A stretch of DNA of 64,000 bases from Histomonas meleagridis 2922-C6/04-290x (GCA_020184695.1 JAANOX010000128.1:62001-126000); one strand, 5' to 3'; counted from the first letter of the stretch, positions 21,699 through 32,770 are shown. Numbers and translations: made by a program. Notes: a model not told the origin generated them from the letters alone.

Positions 21699-23477
21699 AT
21701 GGAGCAAGAACCAGAAGGAAGGCGCTATTACCCAAATTCTATTGAGCAATCAATTTTAGTGCAGAACGTAAAAAGATATTTTTCACAACCTGAAAGATCT
21801 CAAGAACGTACAAAAATTGCAAATGAAGTTTCAGAAGAATTACTTAAATATTCACCACACTGGACTCATAGAACTGTTAGGTTATGGTTTAATAATAACA
21901 AACATGCTTTTACTGGAAAAGCTCAACCATTGGAAATTCCTCAATCAAATTCAACTCCCAAATATGTAAATCCAAAACAACGTGCACCTCCAGCTAAACC
22001 GCCTCCACAACAACCATATCCACCTCCTTATCCAAACTTACCTTTTCAATCACAATCAAATTTCCAAAATATTCCAGTTCAATCACCAATAATGCAAAGG
22101 CCAATGCCTCAACAAACCCAAATGCAATCAAATGCTCAGTATTATCAACAGCCGCCTCTTGATTCATATAATAATATTCCCAACAAAATTGAAAATAAGC
22201 CAAATGTTCGTGCTCTTTCACTTCATCTTGATAAAATTATGGAAGCTGCAGTAAGCTCCAATGAAATTGAGATGCCTAATCTAATCAAACAATTTGATGA
22301 AATAACTGCACAAATAAAAACAATGAATGAAATCGACATGCCTTATGCCAATTTTACTCTCAAGAAGGATAGAGGACTTCTTAAAGTGCCCAGTGCTCCT
22401 GATCGAACTATATTCAATTTTGTGTCTGGAGATATTGATAACTCCTCTGGGTTTGGCCATGTTCTACCACGTGGCCTTACACCTGATCCCTTTTGGCGTG
22501 ATCAATTATTTGAGGACACACCAATAACATCATTTGATATAAATTATATTGATCAATACTGTGCTGCCTTTGTTCATAACGCAAGTAGCACGCCTCAACG
22601 CTCTCTGTCCTACTCCTTAAATATGGCCTCTGACTCTTCAATTATCTGGCAAACAATACCATTAAAAATTCAGACAAAAGTTGAGTCATTGGCCATAGAT
22701 ACTGTCAATCAATATAGCTGGCTCTATAGTTCGGGCCATCTTTATCGATATGGCCTGACAAATGACAAATCTGAAATTAATGATTTTGATCTTGTCCCAC
22801 CCATGTCATATCCCACGCCAATCATTCAAATCTCTGACAGAACCATCATAGGTTTTCTTAGTTCCAATGATTTACATCTCATTAATCCAAATTTGACACG
22901 GACAATAATTAAAACTCCATTTCTTAATTCTGGGTTTTCAACAATTTGTCCGCAGGAGAACTTCATAATATTGTCACTTACCACTACTAACTCTTTACAT
23001 TTATTTGACATTACTACACAACAAACAATTCGATCATTTATCGGCCATAATTCACAAGCCAACTTCATCAAAGCGATAAGAAATAACAAATATTTGTTCA
23101 TAAGTGGCTCAGATGACCGCACAGTGAAGGTTTGGGACTCGAGGCAGCATTGCCCGGTGTATTCAATAGTTTATCCCGAAAGTGTCACTGCTATCACATC
23201 AAACGAAAATTTTGTCATCGTTGCAACTTCGGCAAGAGAAAGTCATATATACGTAAGTGATATTAGAGAGTTACAAGCGTATTTTGGATTGAGATTAGAA
23301 GAATATTGTGTTAATGGATTAAATTATTATGATACAAATGATGTGGACCAACTATGTATGTTTGCGGGAGCTTCGAAGGATGGAAGCGAAGATAGTCTGC
23401 TGTTCATGAATGATGACGGAAGTAGCAGAAAATATATTTTTAGGAAATATAAGAATTTCATCAATTTTTGTATGTAA
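21699..23477 (+). CDS. Homeodomain-like N-terminus + Pro/Gln-rich linker + WD40 repeats
   Basis: ERTKIANEVS..WTHRTVRLWFNNNKH resembles homeodomain helix 3; PQ-rich region; FIGH...FISGSDDRTVKVWD is a WD40 repeat. Confidence 0.72.
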   Translation: MEQEPEGRRYYPNSIEQSILVQNVKRYFSQPERSQERTKIANEVSEELLKYSPHWTHRTVRLWFNNNKHAFTGKAQPLEIPQSNSTPKYVNPKQRAPPAKPPPQQPYPPPYPNLPFQSQSNFQNIPVQSPIMQRPMPQQTQMQSNAQYYQQPPLDSYNNIPNKIENKPNVRALSLHLDKIMEAAVSSNEIEMPNLIKQFDEITAQIKTMNEIDMPYANFTLKKDRGLLKVPSAPDRTIFNFVSGDIDNSSGFGHVLPRGLTPDPFWRDQLFEDTPITSFDINYIDQYCAAFVHNASSTPQRSLSYSLNMASDSSIIWQTIPLKIQTKVESLAIDTVNQYSWLYSSGHLYRYGLTNDKSEINDFDLVPPMSYPTPIIQISDRTIIGFLSSNDLHLINPNLTRTIIKTPFLNSGFSTICPQENFIILSLTTTNSLHLFDITTQQTIRSFIGHNSQANFIKAIRNNKYLFISGSDDRTVKVWDSRQHCPVYSIVYPESVTAITSNENFVIVATSARESHIYVSDIRELQAYFGLRLEEYCVNGLNYYDTNDVDQLCMFAGASKDGSEDSLLFMNDDGSSRKYIFRKYKNFINFCM

Positions 23478-24139
23478 ATAAAGTGTTTTGTTGCAATATT
23501 TTTTTAATTTAAAAAAATTACTTTTTACTTATTTTGATGAAGTCTTTCAGAAAGCATTTCGGCGATTTCAGGTTACCTTTCCTTACATCAACGCCGTAAA
23601 AAATTTTATAAATAATTTTCATATAGATTTTTCAAAAAGAAAATCATAGAAATAAACTTTTAAAGAAGTAAATTTACATTTTTAACATTAAGATTAATTC
23701 CTTTATGCTTAAAATGTAATTTAACAACTTTCGGACGACGATTTGAAAATGCAAAAATTAGTGCTGTTTGAAACTTAATAAAGAATTATCAAAAAGAATT
23801 TTATATATTACACAAATAAATTTTCTTTATCATATGTATCAACTCACTTATGATCAAGAATCAATTTAACTATCTCAGCACAACCATTTTAAGCAGCATT
23901 TAAATGTATAATATAAATTCCTAAATACGTATACAAACATCAAATTATTTTTTAATAAAATTGAAATCAAATTAATGAACTTTTCTATTCTTAATTAATT
24001 TGTTTTTAGTTAAATAATCAACAAATTCATAAATCAAAAATATATTACCATTATTAATTGATTATTTAATAATCAAATCATTATTCATTTGTATTCCTGC
24101 TTGATCAAAGAATAAAATAAGTTCATAATTATCACATGT

Positions 24140-24580
24140 GATAATACATTTTCTTATCGACTCAGATATTTTTTTTTATTACAATAACTTTCATTCTCAT
24201 AAATATAATGAAACATTTTATTTATACGAAACCCGATTGCTACTTCGTATGAGCCTTCAAATGTGTCTTTGTTTTCTTCATATAAACAAATTATTCTTGA
24301 CTCCATCCTGTTGCATATTTTCCTGCAATTGAACCTTTTGAAATTAAGAATTTAAAACAATTAATAGAACCGAAAAATGCTGCATATTCAATTAGTGAAA
24401 CATTTTCATAAATAATGAGTGTATATTTCTCAATTGCAAATGGTTCATTTGTTTGATCAAAATTTAAATTAGATCGTGATGATATTTCTTGAAGTTTCTC
24501 TGCATTATCTTCTCTCAGCATTTTCAGATGGATTATTTCCTTCATTTATAAAATGTTTTTTTTTTTATTTCATGGAATCA
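24140..24580 (-). pseudogene. DUF3447/ankyrin family fragment
   Basis: SLIEYAAFFGSINCFKFL signature; continues in a shifted frame (IICLYEENKDTFEGSYEVAIGFR). Truncated; boundaries approximate. Confidence 0.7.
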
Positions 24581-25136
24581 ACCATATCATTTTCACCATT
24601 TAATCAAAAAGAAAATAAGATTATTATCATGATTAGAAACATGAGTAAGCAATTTTGAAAAAAAAAAAAAAATATTAATGATAATAAATGAAGCAAGCCT
24701 GCTTTTTACTTTTTTTCATCATGAAAAAAAAATTATGAAATGAAATAACTGCTACAAAAATGTTTACAAAGTTTGAATCAACTAACACCATTCAGAATTT
24801 TATTTAATTAAATTGTGTCGATCTTGTGAAACTCGCTCAACCAGTCAGCAAATTATCTCTTTGGGGCATTAAAATCATATTTCTTCACTCTGGATACCTT
24901 TTAAAAATAATTTGAATTATAAAAACAATTCCACCAAATTTAAACAATTTCAAAATTTAAAATTTTATTTGAATGAAGCTTATAGAAGTTTACTTATTTT
25001 AGAATTCTTGATAACCTATTGATGAAACACAGTATTTTCATGAAATTAAATCAGTAAAAAGATTCAATTGAAAATAAACGGATTTTTACTATTTAACGGT
25101 CGTTGATGCGCATTTTGATGCATAAATCAAAATCAA

Positions 25137-26117
25137 ATGACTCGTTTAGCACAAAAGACTCGCCAAGCAACAGACACGTGTACCGAAGTTCAATCCATGA
25201 CTCTTGTTCGTAACATTATACGTTCTTCTATTTCATCAATCTCTTATCTTAGATATCTATTTCCAGAAGACAATTTTACTGATACTAACTTAGCTGGATT
25301 AAAAATCAAATCCCTTGTTCCAAATTCAAATCCTGAAATAGAAGCTTTAACAAATTGGATTGAAAAAGGTGCATTTGATGCTCTTCAACATCATTATTTA
25401 AGAGCACTTGTGTTTTCAATATTTAGTGAACCTAACAACCCATCAAGTCTAATCGAATCATACACATTTAAGTTCTCATATCCATCTGATGGAAGTATTT
25501 CTTTTGATATGAAAGCGTCAATGAAAGGCAAAGAAGATCAAAAAATGACATATATGTCACGCGAACAAATCCAGCAAGCATGGTGTACAATGATTAGAAC
25601 TCTAATTACAATATCTCATGCACTTCCACCTCTTCCAAGCGAAAGGTTTCTCTCTATGCGTCTGTATTATTATGATGATGTAACACCTCCTGACTATGAA
25701 CCTCCAGGTTTTTCATGTGCAACCGAAACACCAAACTATGAATTTGTTGCAGATTCAGAGTTAATAGAAATAGGTGGGTCTGTTAATACAAAATATCACT
25801 CTGTCTCGTTAAGACTTGATACAGCAATGCCAAATTATCATCAAATGGAAACAGATGAATTAGATGAAAAAGTCGAACTTGCGATTCTATTATGTGCTGA
25901 ACTTGATTACATTACCAGAGAAAAGTTATCTAAGAACTTGAAAATCCCAAAAAATGATTCAAGTCTTGACGATATCATTAAGAAACTTGAAAAACTTGGG
26001 TTCATACTACCAAATTCTTCTGGGAAAAAAATGGAAGTTATCCATAGTTCTGAGAACCAAAAGCTTATTGATAAAATTGCTGCCAAATACGACGATCTTG
26101 ATGAATCTGATGAATAA
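25137..26117 (+). CDS. HOP1: Meiotic HORMA-domain protein Hop1
   Basis: SISSISYLRYLFPEDNF, WIEKGAFDAL...YL, IESYTFKFSY, TL..LP.ER.LSMRLYYYDDVTPPDYEPPGF. Confidence 0.9.
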   Translation: MTRLAQKTRQATDTCTEVQSMTLVRNIIRSSISSISYLRYLFPEDNFTDTNLAGLKIKSLVPNSNPEIEALTNWIEKGAFDALQHHYLRALVFSIFSEPNNPSSLIESYTFKFSYPSDGSISFDMKASMKGKEDQKMTYMSREQIQQAWCTMIRTLITISHALPPLPSERFLSMRLYYYDDVTPPDYEPPGFSCATETPNYEFVADSELIEIGGSVNTKYHSVSLRLDTAMPNYHQMETDELDEKVELAILLCAELDYITREKLSKNLKIPKNDSSLDDIIKKLEKLGFILPNSSGKKMEVIHSSENQKLIDKIAAKYDDLDESDE

Positions 26118-26485
26118 AACTGACACCAATGACGTTTTTGTAAACAACGATACGCTGAAAAAATTGGACATTGAATAGTTTACATTGAAAATGTTTGTCT
26201 TTGGATTCTTCCGTCAGTAAACAGTTTCATTTGGTGAAGTTGTAATACTGTTGACATTACTGCGTTAAACTTTGCGATTTTTTGGTTGTTTTTGATGTTA
26301 TATCGTATTGATAAAATTAAATTTTATATCACATTTCGGTTTTGAAATTTCTTTTAATGATAATAATTTATGTAAGAATTCTGATTTAATGTATTGTTGT
26401 GTTGATATCTTTTCCAGAAGATGTGTTTGGTTGGTTGTTCTTCTGTTATAAAATTTTTGTGAGGGTATTCGGTCAATTTTAGAAA

Positions 26486-27247
26486 ATGTCTGATAACCCA
26501 TTCCAAGAAGAAGTAGGTGATGATGAATTACAATTTGCAGAAACACCTTCACCAACACAAAAACCTACAGCAGGATATTCTCAAGCAAAAATGTCAAAAT
26601 TGGAACAATTACGTGCTCGTGAAGCAGAATTACTGAAAAGACAAGAAGAAATTAACAGCCTCAAAGAAGATATAATTCCATCACCAAATTTCCCTTCTTT
26701 TTATCCCTTAATTATTTATAACCTTGATCGTGATATCCCTCAAGCTGCACAAAAAGTCATCAAAAACTCGTTGCTTGGCTTATGTTTTGCTGCTGGAATG
26801 GCAATTTTTAATGTCCTTGCAGTTTTGTCAGTTTCAGGCCTTGACAAATATCCTCATATTCGATGTTTTATATTTGCATTAATCCAAGGCTTTGCAACAG
26901 TATACTTTTTATATACTCAATCATATTCTAAGATATATGCAGATTGTAGAAAACACGATGTCTCTTTCCGATGGACAATTGTTCAGTTTATATTCGTCAT
27001 TTGGTGCGTATATTTAACAGTTGGATTCCCTACGAGTGGTAGTGTTGGTTTAGCTACACTTTTAGATCTTATTGCTAAATCCAAAAACGGATTTTCAATA
27101 TTTATGGCACTTGTCAACACAGGGGCCATAAGCGCAATGACATATTTCCAGTTTGTAACTCTCTTCCAAGCTCAGAAATATCAAAAGATTAGTGGCAATG
27201 ACAAAGGTCTTGAAGAAAGACTGAATGATCTGAAAAATGAACTGTAA
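26486..27247 (+). CDS. SCAMP (secretory carrier membrane protein) family
   Basis: N-terminal NPF, RAREAEL coiled coil, PNFPSFYP...DIP and four hydrophobic segments. Confidence 0.85.
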   Translation: MSDNPFQEEVGDDELQFAETPSPTQKPTAGYSQAKMSKLEQLRAREAELLKRQEEINSLKEDIIPSPNFPSFYPLIIYNLDRDIPQAAQKVIKNSLLGLCFAAGMAIFNVLAVLSVSGLDKYPHIRCFIFALIQGFATVYFLYTQSYSKIYADCRKHDVSFRWTIVQFIFVIWCVYLTVGFPTSGSVGLATLLDLIAKSKNGFSIFMALVNTGAISAMTYFQFVTLFQAQKYQKISGNDKGLEERLNDLKNEL

Positions 27248-27521
27248 AGCACACTCTTTTTATTCAGAATGACTTGAGTAATAAAAATCTTTTCACCATA
27301 AATTTCTGATCAATCTCATTTATACCCAAAAATAAATTAATAATTAAATTTAGCTGAGTACTAATGTTTCATTCATGATGAACTTCGATGCATAGAAGCA
27401 AGAGAAAGAAATAATTGATGATTGGATGTGCGGACGTTTATTTCTGACCAAAAAACGAATGAAAAAGTGGATAAAAGTGACTTCATTTTTGGTGGTAAAC
27501 TTTCGCCAAAAACCGTTTTCA

Positions 27522-28616
27522 ATGAGTGAGAAGCAAAGACTCATCACCAAATATGTAACAAAGCTTAGCCAACCAGTGGCGACAAGTTTTTATCTTCACT
27601 TTCTCCTTAATGAATCTGATAGCTCTGCTCGCCACATGTTAATTAGTAATTTAAACCAAATCTCAGAAGAAACAGGAAACCCTAATATTAACAAATGCGC
27701 AGAAGCTGCCGGAAGTGGTAAGGAAATTCTAGATTATGGGATTTATCATAAAAAAGATAAGGAAAAGAAATCTGATAAAGATGATATCAAAGATGATGTT
27801 TGTATAACTCAAGCAAATGCTCTCTTTCATAAGCTTTATCTTATGGATGCGATTATGGTCTTTAAAAGAGTAAATCCTCAAACAATAGATTATAATTCCC
27901 AAAGAGTTCTTGCTGAATCATACCTTGTTTTACGCCACTACGATAAGTCATTCCGCATTGCCAAAAAATTCAAATTCAAGGATATATTATTTGCAAGTGC
28001 TATTTCTCTTTGCCAATTTGACTTTGCGTATTCTATGCTCAAAGAAATGCTGTACGATCTCCGCAATATCCAACAAAGGAATACTGTTGTTTCTTTTTAT
28101 GATTTAATTCACCTTGCGATGATTATCTGTTTCGCAACATCAACCACACGTGAAACTTCGATTATTTCACAGCGTCTTTTTGCAGCCTCTGAGTTTGAAA
28201 CAACAGTCCTTAATGATCTTGTCACAGATTTTATTAATCGAGATTTTACAAAGTTCATTGGAGAATTAGAAATAATCCGAAGCATCCTTAGTTATTCCAT
28301 CTACACTTGTTATAATGCTGATAAAATCATTCAAATGATTCGTGCAAATGTTGTTGTTAATTACGTGCGACCGTTTTCGACGGTTCCATTCAAAATAATT
28401 GAAAACGATTTATCGTTAACCGAAACCGAAATTATAGCGGTTTTAAGGGAAAAAATTAGAACAAATAAATTAAATGCAAAAATCGATCTGGTCGATAATT
28501 GTTATTGTGGTGGATCAGGAAACACTACATTTTTAGATAAACAGGAAATTTATGTTCGAGCAATTTCAACACATGAAAAATTCTTGCTAAAAGAATGGAA
28601 AAAAGAATATAGATAA
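27522..28616 (+). CDS. PCI-domain protein (CSN1/Rpn7-like)
   Basis: Helical repeats plus C-terminal VNYVRPFSTV...I..K..AKID PCI signature. The ATG at 27522 is preferred over the upstream track start at 27426. Confidence 0.7.
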   Translation: MSEKQRLITKYVTKLSQPVATSFYLHFLLNESDSSARHMLISNLNQISEETGNPNINKCAEAAGSGKEILDYGIYHKKDKEKKSDKDDIKDDVCITQANALFHKLYLMDAIMVFKRVNPQTIDYNSQRVLAESYLVLRHYDKSFRIAKKFKFKDILFASAISLCQFDFAYSMLKEMLYDLRNIQQRNTVVSFYDLIHLAMIICFATSTTRETSIISQRLFAASEFETTVLNDLVTDFINRDFTKFIGELEIIRSILSYSIYTCYNADKIIQMIRANVVVNYVRPFSTVPFKIIENDLSLTETEIIAVLREKIRTNKLNAKIDLVDNCYCGGSGNTTFLDKQEIYVRAISTHEKFLLKEWKKEYR

Positions 28617-29790
28617 TTATTATTAAACATTTCATTATTAAGTTGTTTTTATTTTAAAGTAGGAAATGAGTTAAAATTACTTTTCAATGATTGAACATGT
28701 TATCTGGTGAATCGCAATTTTTTTAACTAAGAAAATTATTCATTTTACAGGAGAATTAACTTCGAAAAATATTAAAAAAAATCGATTAATCAATTGATAA
28801 ATAAGATAATAGTAACATATTATGTATGAACATTTTAAAATTGCTAAGCAACGATGCAAGAATTATATTTTCCGATTGGTTATTTATTGATCAGAAAATT
28901 CGCGCTTTTTTATAGATGAGGATAAAAAACTTATTATTTAGCACATTACAAAATGAATCAAAAATAAACTTAGCTATGACAATGAAACATTATGCAATTT
29001 ACAAGAAATTTATTAAAGATGGAACCTATCCAATGAAAATACAAAAACAATATGAAATGCTTCAGCATTGAAAAACACCAGAAAATTTATTATAAACAAA
29101 TCTTGATGTTAACCATATGATTAAACACTACTTATTAAGATATGATTATCATTATATTAATAATATAAGTAAACAAAATTTCATCTCCATTCATTTATGG
29201 AAAGAAAATTATTTACCATTTCGAGGTACATATAAAGCAATAATTGGATGTCATTTCGAAAATACATCTTTTCATCACAAATTTATGAAAACAATATTTT
29301 TTCCTGTTGAAACAACCATAAAAAAAGCAAGACAAACCGTTTCCTATTTTTGTATGGATTACACCATTAAATTTTTCGTAAATCATTCAATATTTGAGTT
29401 CCTAACTGTTCTCATGGTCGATTTTATGCAGCTTACTCTTGTCTAAGACATAATATGAAATTATCATAAAGAAAGTAAATTTTTGAATGATGCATCTTTG
29501 AAACAATATCCTTAGTTAACAGTATAATATTCTCATTTTAAGTAAGTTTATTTTGTCATTCTTTGAGCATTGAAGCTTCTTTCCTATCGTTTTTAATCCA
29601 CCGTAAATTTTGAATGCTCACTTTTTCAGTTGTTTGAAAGGAACCTCCTCAGAAATAACCCTACATTTTCTTCACAAATTTCAAACAACCACCATTAATT
29701 TTTTCGGTTTCTATGAAAATTGAACAGAATAACGAAAACCGACAATACTAAAGTCTCTCAAAAATTGGGGGTTATTTGCTCAAAGTCACC

Positions 29791-29796
29791 TCATTT
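29791..29796 (+). promoter_or_regulatory. Initiator (Inr) element TCATTT of the Cys-rich micro-gene
   Basis: Matches the parabasalid Inr TCA(+1)Y(T/A), 19 nt upstream of the ATG at 29810. Confidence 0.55.
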
Positions 29797-29809
29797 TTAT
29801 TTCGGTACA

Positions 29810-29878
29810 ATGTCTTCATCATGCTCATGCTCCTGCTCAAGCTGCAAATGCTGTGGTTGTAAGTGCAATCTTCTTTGA
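29810..29878 (+). CDS. 22-aa Cys-rich metallothionein-like micro-protein MSSSCSCSCSSCKCCGCKCNLL
   Basis: ATG...TGA ORF forming a GC island, with 8 Cys in CxC/CC patterns, an upstream Inr, and downstream TAAA plus a T-rich tract. Below the ORF track's size cutoff. Confidence 0.7.
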   Translation: MSSSCSCSCSSCKCCGCKCNLL

Positions 29879-29947
29879 ACTCTTCAATAAAAATCAACAA
29901 CAATAAATTTTTTCCATTCTTTATCAATTTATTCCAAACAAAAGTTT

Positions 29948-32770
29948 TTATTCATTTACAGATATTTCTCCTTTGATAAAATCACTGACAAGATCAGATG
30001 GAACAACGAAAGGTATCAAAAAGCAAACAATATAAGCATCAAATGATAACAACTCAGCATTCTTTTTCTTTGATGTTATAAAATCCATTGAAGGGATCTG
30101 AACAGAGGAAGGTCCGGATGCTGAGATCGGATAATCCTTTGAACTAGGAATCTTCAAACTATTATCTTTTGATTTCAAAGCTAACCAAATCGAACTACAA
30201 AATCCTTCATAATCTGTACTAGTGATTTTTATCTTTTCGCTAAAAGGAGACTGATCCAAATATTGTGAAATATGATTTTTCAATAATTCTTTGTGAAAAC
30301 TTATTATTGCAGCTACAACGCCTTTTGCAAATTTTGATATCTCTGAGAGATCACAAGATGTGTTTTTTTTATCTGTATTTATATTTATGAACTCATTTAT
30401 GAAAAAGTTAATATTTCCTCTAACCTTATGCCACCTTGTTTTCCCTACAGCTTCAGGAAAGTCATGTGCGCTCAACAATTTAATATCATCGAATTTACAA
30501 TGGAAAAATACCGAAAATATTTTTGCCATAGCATTAACAATTTGTATTGATGATATACTTGAAAATAATTTTATCATTACACTAGCTGAGAAATCCCTTG
30601 AAGTGTTAACTCTTTTCGAATCTAAAGTTTTCGAGCTTTTTGCTTCTTCTTTTGCCTCATTCAAATTTTCGGTTTTTTCTTCATTCAATTTTGATTCAGT
30701 AAACTTCACAATTTTTCTTTTTTCAATTTTTATATTTTCCAAAATGTTTTTCATAGCATCTGATACAGATTTCTCTGCATATTGACTTCTAATGAATTGA
30801 AGAGACTCCAATGTTTCTGAGTATATTTCAATTGGCGTTTCATCCAACTTGAATTCTCTAAAAAAAGCAATTTTCTTATTTTGATCGAATGAGAAATCCT
30901 TTGAAACATTTGCGAACATAACAGCCATAGAATGTGATTCGAACTCAGATACAATTGAGATATAATATGGAATTTGACCACGAATATTATATCTTAATCT
31001 TTTAATATTTTGATTTAATTGGTTTTGTATCTCTTCAATTGTTCTATTTCTTTCATAAAAATCATTTAAATCGTTTTGGTTCGACACATTTATGTTAAAT
31101 GGTTTAATTAAATGTGCAGCCATTATTAAACAACGTTTTAAAAATTCGCCGTTAAATTTTATTTCTTTTTCATTAGTTTCAGTTTGGAATTTCCATCTTT
31201 TTAATGAGTTATTATTATTGTCGAAATTTCTTTTATTAAGTTCGATTTGTTTTAAATTCATTTCAAGTGAAAATCCAATGTTATGCGGAAATATTGTTTT
31301 CGTTTGTGTTTCTACATCACGAAGTTTATTTTTACGTAATTCGATAAATATGGAATTCTTTAATTCGATATCTGGATCAATATCGTTAATCCAGTTTTGA
31401 TATTTTTTCATTCTAATTCGCGATAATGAATATTTCGCCCATTTTTGGAAACAATTTACAAGAAAAAATAATTCATAATATCCTTTTAAAAGAAAAATAA
31501 TTTTAAACCCATTCGATGGATGCTGTTGAATTTTTGTGATCATTTCTAATTCTTTAGTCTTATTAATTCGTGATATTTGATGCCATTTTAATAACGTTTT
31601 AGTTAAACATCGTTTTTGATCAAAAATTATTGAAACTTTTGTAAGTTCATTAAAATTAATTCGATTATTAGTATACATATACCAACGTTTCATGATTTCA
31701 TGTAATGTTGAGTTTTCTTGGGATCTAATTTGCGCATATTTATTCCATGCTCTATGCGCTTTATTCATTAAATATCGATTTCGAATTTCGTCACTTTTCT
31801 TTATCAAAAATGTTGATGATCGTGATAAAATTAATAGATTAAATAATGCTCTCTTAACTTTTTTAAATAAGCGAACTTTGTTTGCAAAAGATGCTTTGTC
31901 ATTTTTGCTTTTTTTAATAAGAAGTTTCTTTTCAAGACAGTTCCATTTGATGCTGATTTCTGAGTATTGAATTTTGACTGGATTACGTTTAAATTTTGTG
32001 TAACGATACCAAATTATAAAAATTTGATTCACACCACAAAAAGAAACAGTTTTATGAACTGGAAATTTAATACTTCGTAGTTTGGATCTTTGTTGTATCC
32101 TCTTCTTAGCAATTTGGTTCCATGAATCGAGTATTTTCCTCATGGAACTCATCCATAGAAGATGAATTAGTTTGAATTGATCATTATATGACATTACATT
32201 ACTTTTTTTAAAGGAGTCTGAAATATAAAATAAGAAAAAAGGATTGGAATTAAATTGATCACTTAAAACATTTTCAACAAATTTTTGATATTCTTCTTTT
32301 AAAGTTTCGTTCCTTATGGGTGCAATTAAATGCCATGAAAGAAGTGATTTTCTTAAAAGATTTGTTCTTTCTTTAATTAAGATTTTTCCTTTGGAATTAA
32401 GCATTTGACGATATTGATGCCGACGAAATGCTTGTTGAATTATTATAGCTTCACGCTGCTTAGATTTGTCAAGAACAAATCTATGAATAAATTGTGTAAT
32501 ATAACTTGAATCATTTTTGGTTTCTAATTGTGATGTAGAATAATTTAAAAAATTATCTCTTTTGCGTGATCGTTTTTCAAATGCATTTAACGTGTTTGAA
32601 AGCGAGTCTTTTTTTGTAGAATCATGAACATCAATGTTATTTATTTCAAACCATGAATTTGAAGAAGTTTTCCCATTGAATTTTATGCTTGTTGGACTTT
32701 CGACTTTAGGTTTTGTTATCAATGGCCTTGTTTTCTTTTGCTCAACAATTCCAGGATATTTCTTCTTCAT
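29948..32770 (-). CDS. Large basic protein with an IQ-like motif and Sfi1-like Trp repeats
   Basis: 940-aa ORF; AIIIQQAFRRH (IQ-like); recurring LL...L..W units (LLRKSLLSWH, LMNKAHRAWNK, LTKTLLKWHQ, LVNCFQKWAK). Confidence 0.6.
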   Translation of the reverse strand: MKKKYPGIVEQKKTRPLITKPKVESPTSIKFNGKTSSNSWFEINNIDVHDSTKKDSLSNTLNAFEKRSRKRDNFLNYSTSQLETKNDSSYITQFIHRFVLDKSKQREAIIIQQAFRRHQYRQMLNSKGKILIKERTNLLRKSLLSWHLIAPIRNETLKEEYQKFVENVLSDQFNSNPFFLFYISDSFKKSNVMSYNDQFKLIHLLWMSSMRKILDSWNQIAKKRIQQRSKLRSIKFPVHKTVSFCGVNQIFIIWYRYTKFKRNPVKIQYSEISIKWNCLEKKLLIKKSKNDKASFANKVRLFKKVKRALFNLLILSRSSTFLIKKSDEIRNRYLMNKAHRAWNKYAQIRSQENSTLHEIMKRWYMYTNNRINFNELTKVSIIFDQKRCLTKTLLKWHQISRINKTKELEMITKIQQHPSNGFKIIFLLKGYYELFFLVNCFQKWAKYSLSRIRMKKYQNWINDIDPDIELKNSIFIELRKNKLRDVETQTKTIFPHNIGFSLEMNLKQIELNKRNFDNNNNSLKRWKFQTETNEKEIKFNGEFLKRCLIMAAHLIKPFNINVSNQNDLNDFYERNRTIEEIQNQLNQNIKRLRYNIRGQIPYYISIVSEFESHSMAVMFANVSKDFSFDQNKKIAFFREFKLDETPIEIYSETLESLQFIRSQYAEKSVSDAMKNILENIKIEKRKIVKFTESKLNEEKTENLNEAKEEAKSSKTLDSKRVNTSRDFSASVMIKLFSSISSIQIVNAMAKIFSVFFHCKFDDIKLLSAHDFPEAVGKTRWHKVRGNINFFINEFININTDKKNTSCDLSEISKFAKGVVAAIISFHKELLKNHISQYLDQSPFSEKIKITSTDYEGFCSSIWLALKSKDNSLKIPSSKDYPISASGPSSVQIPSMDFITSKKKNAELLSFDAYIVCFLIPFVVPSDLVSDFIKGEISVNE

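Noticed and set aside
24781-24795. ACTAACACCATTCAG resembling the parabasalid intron 3' motif
   Set aside because: Does not match the ACTAACACACAG spacing, has no matching 5' splice site, and has no flanking exons.
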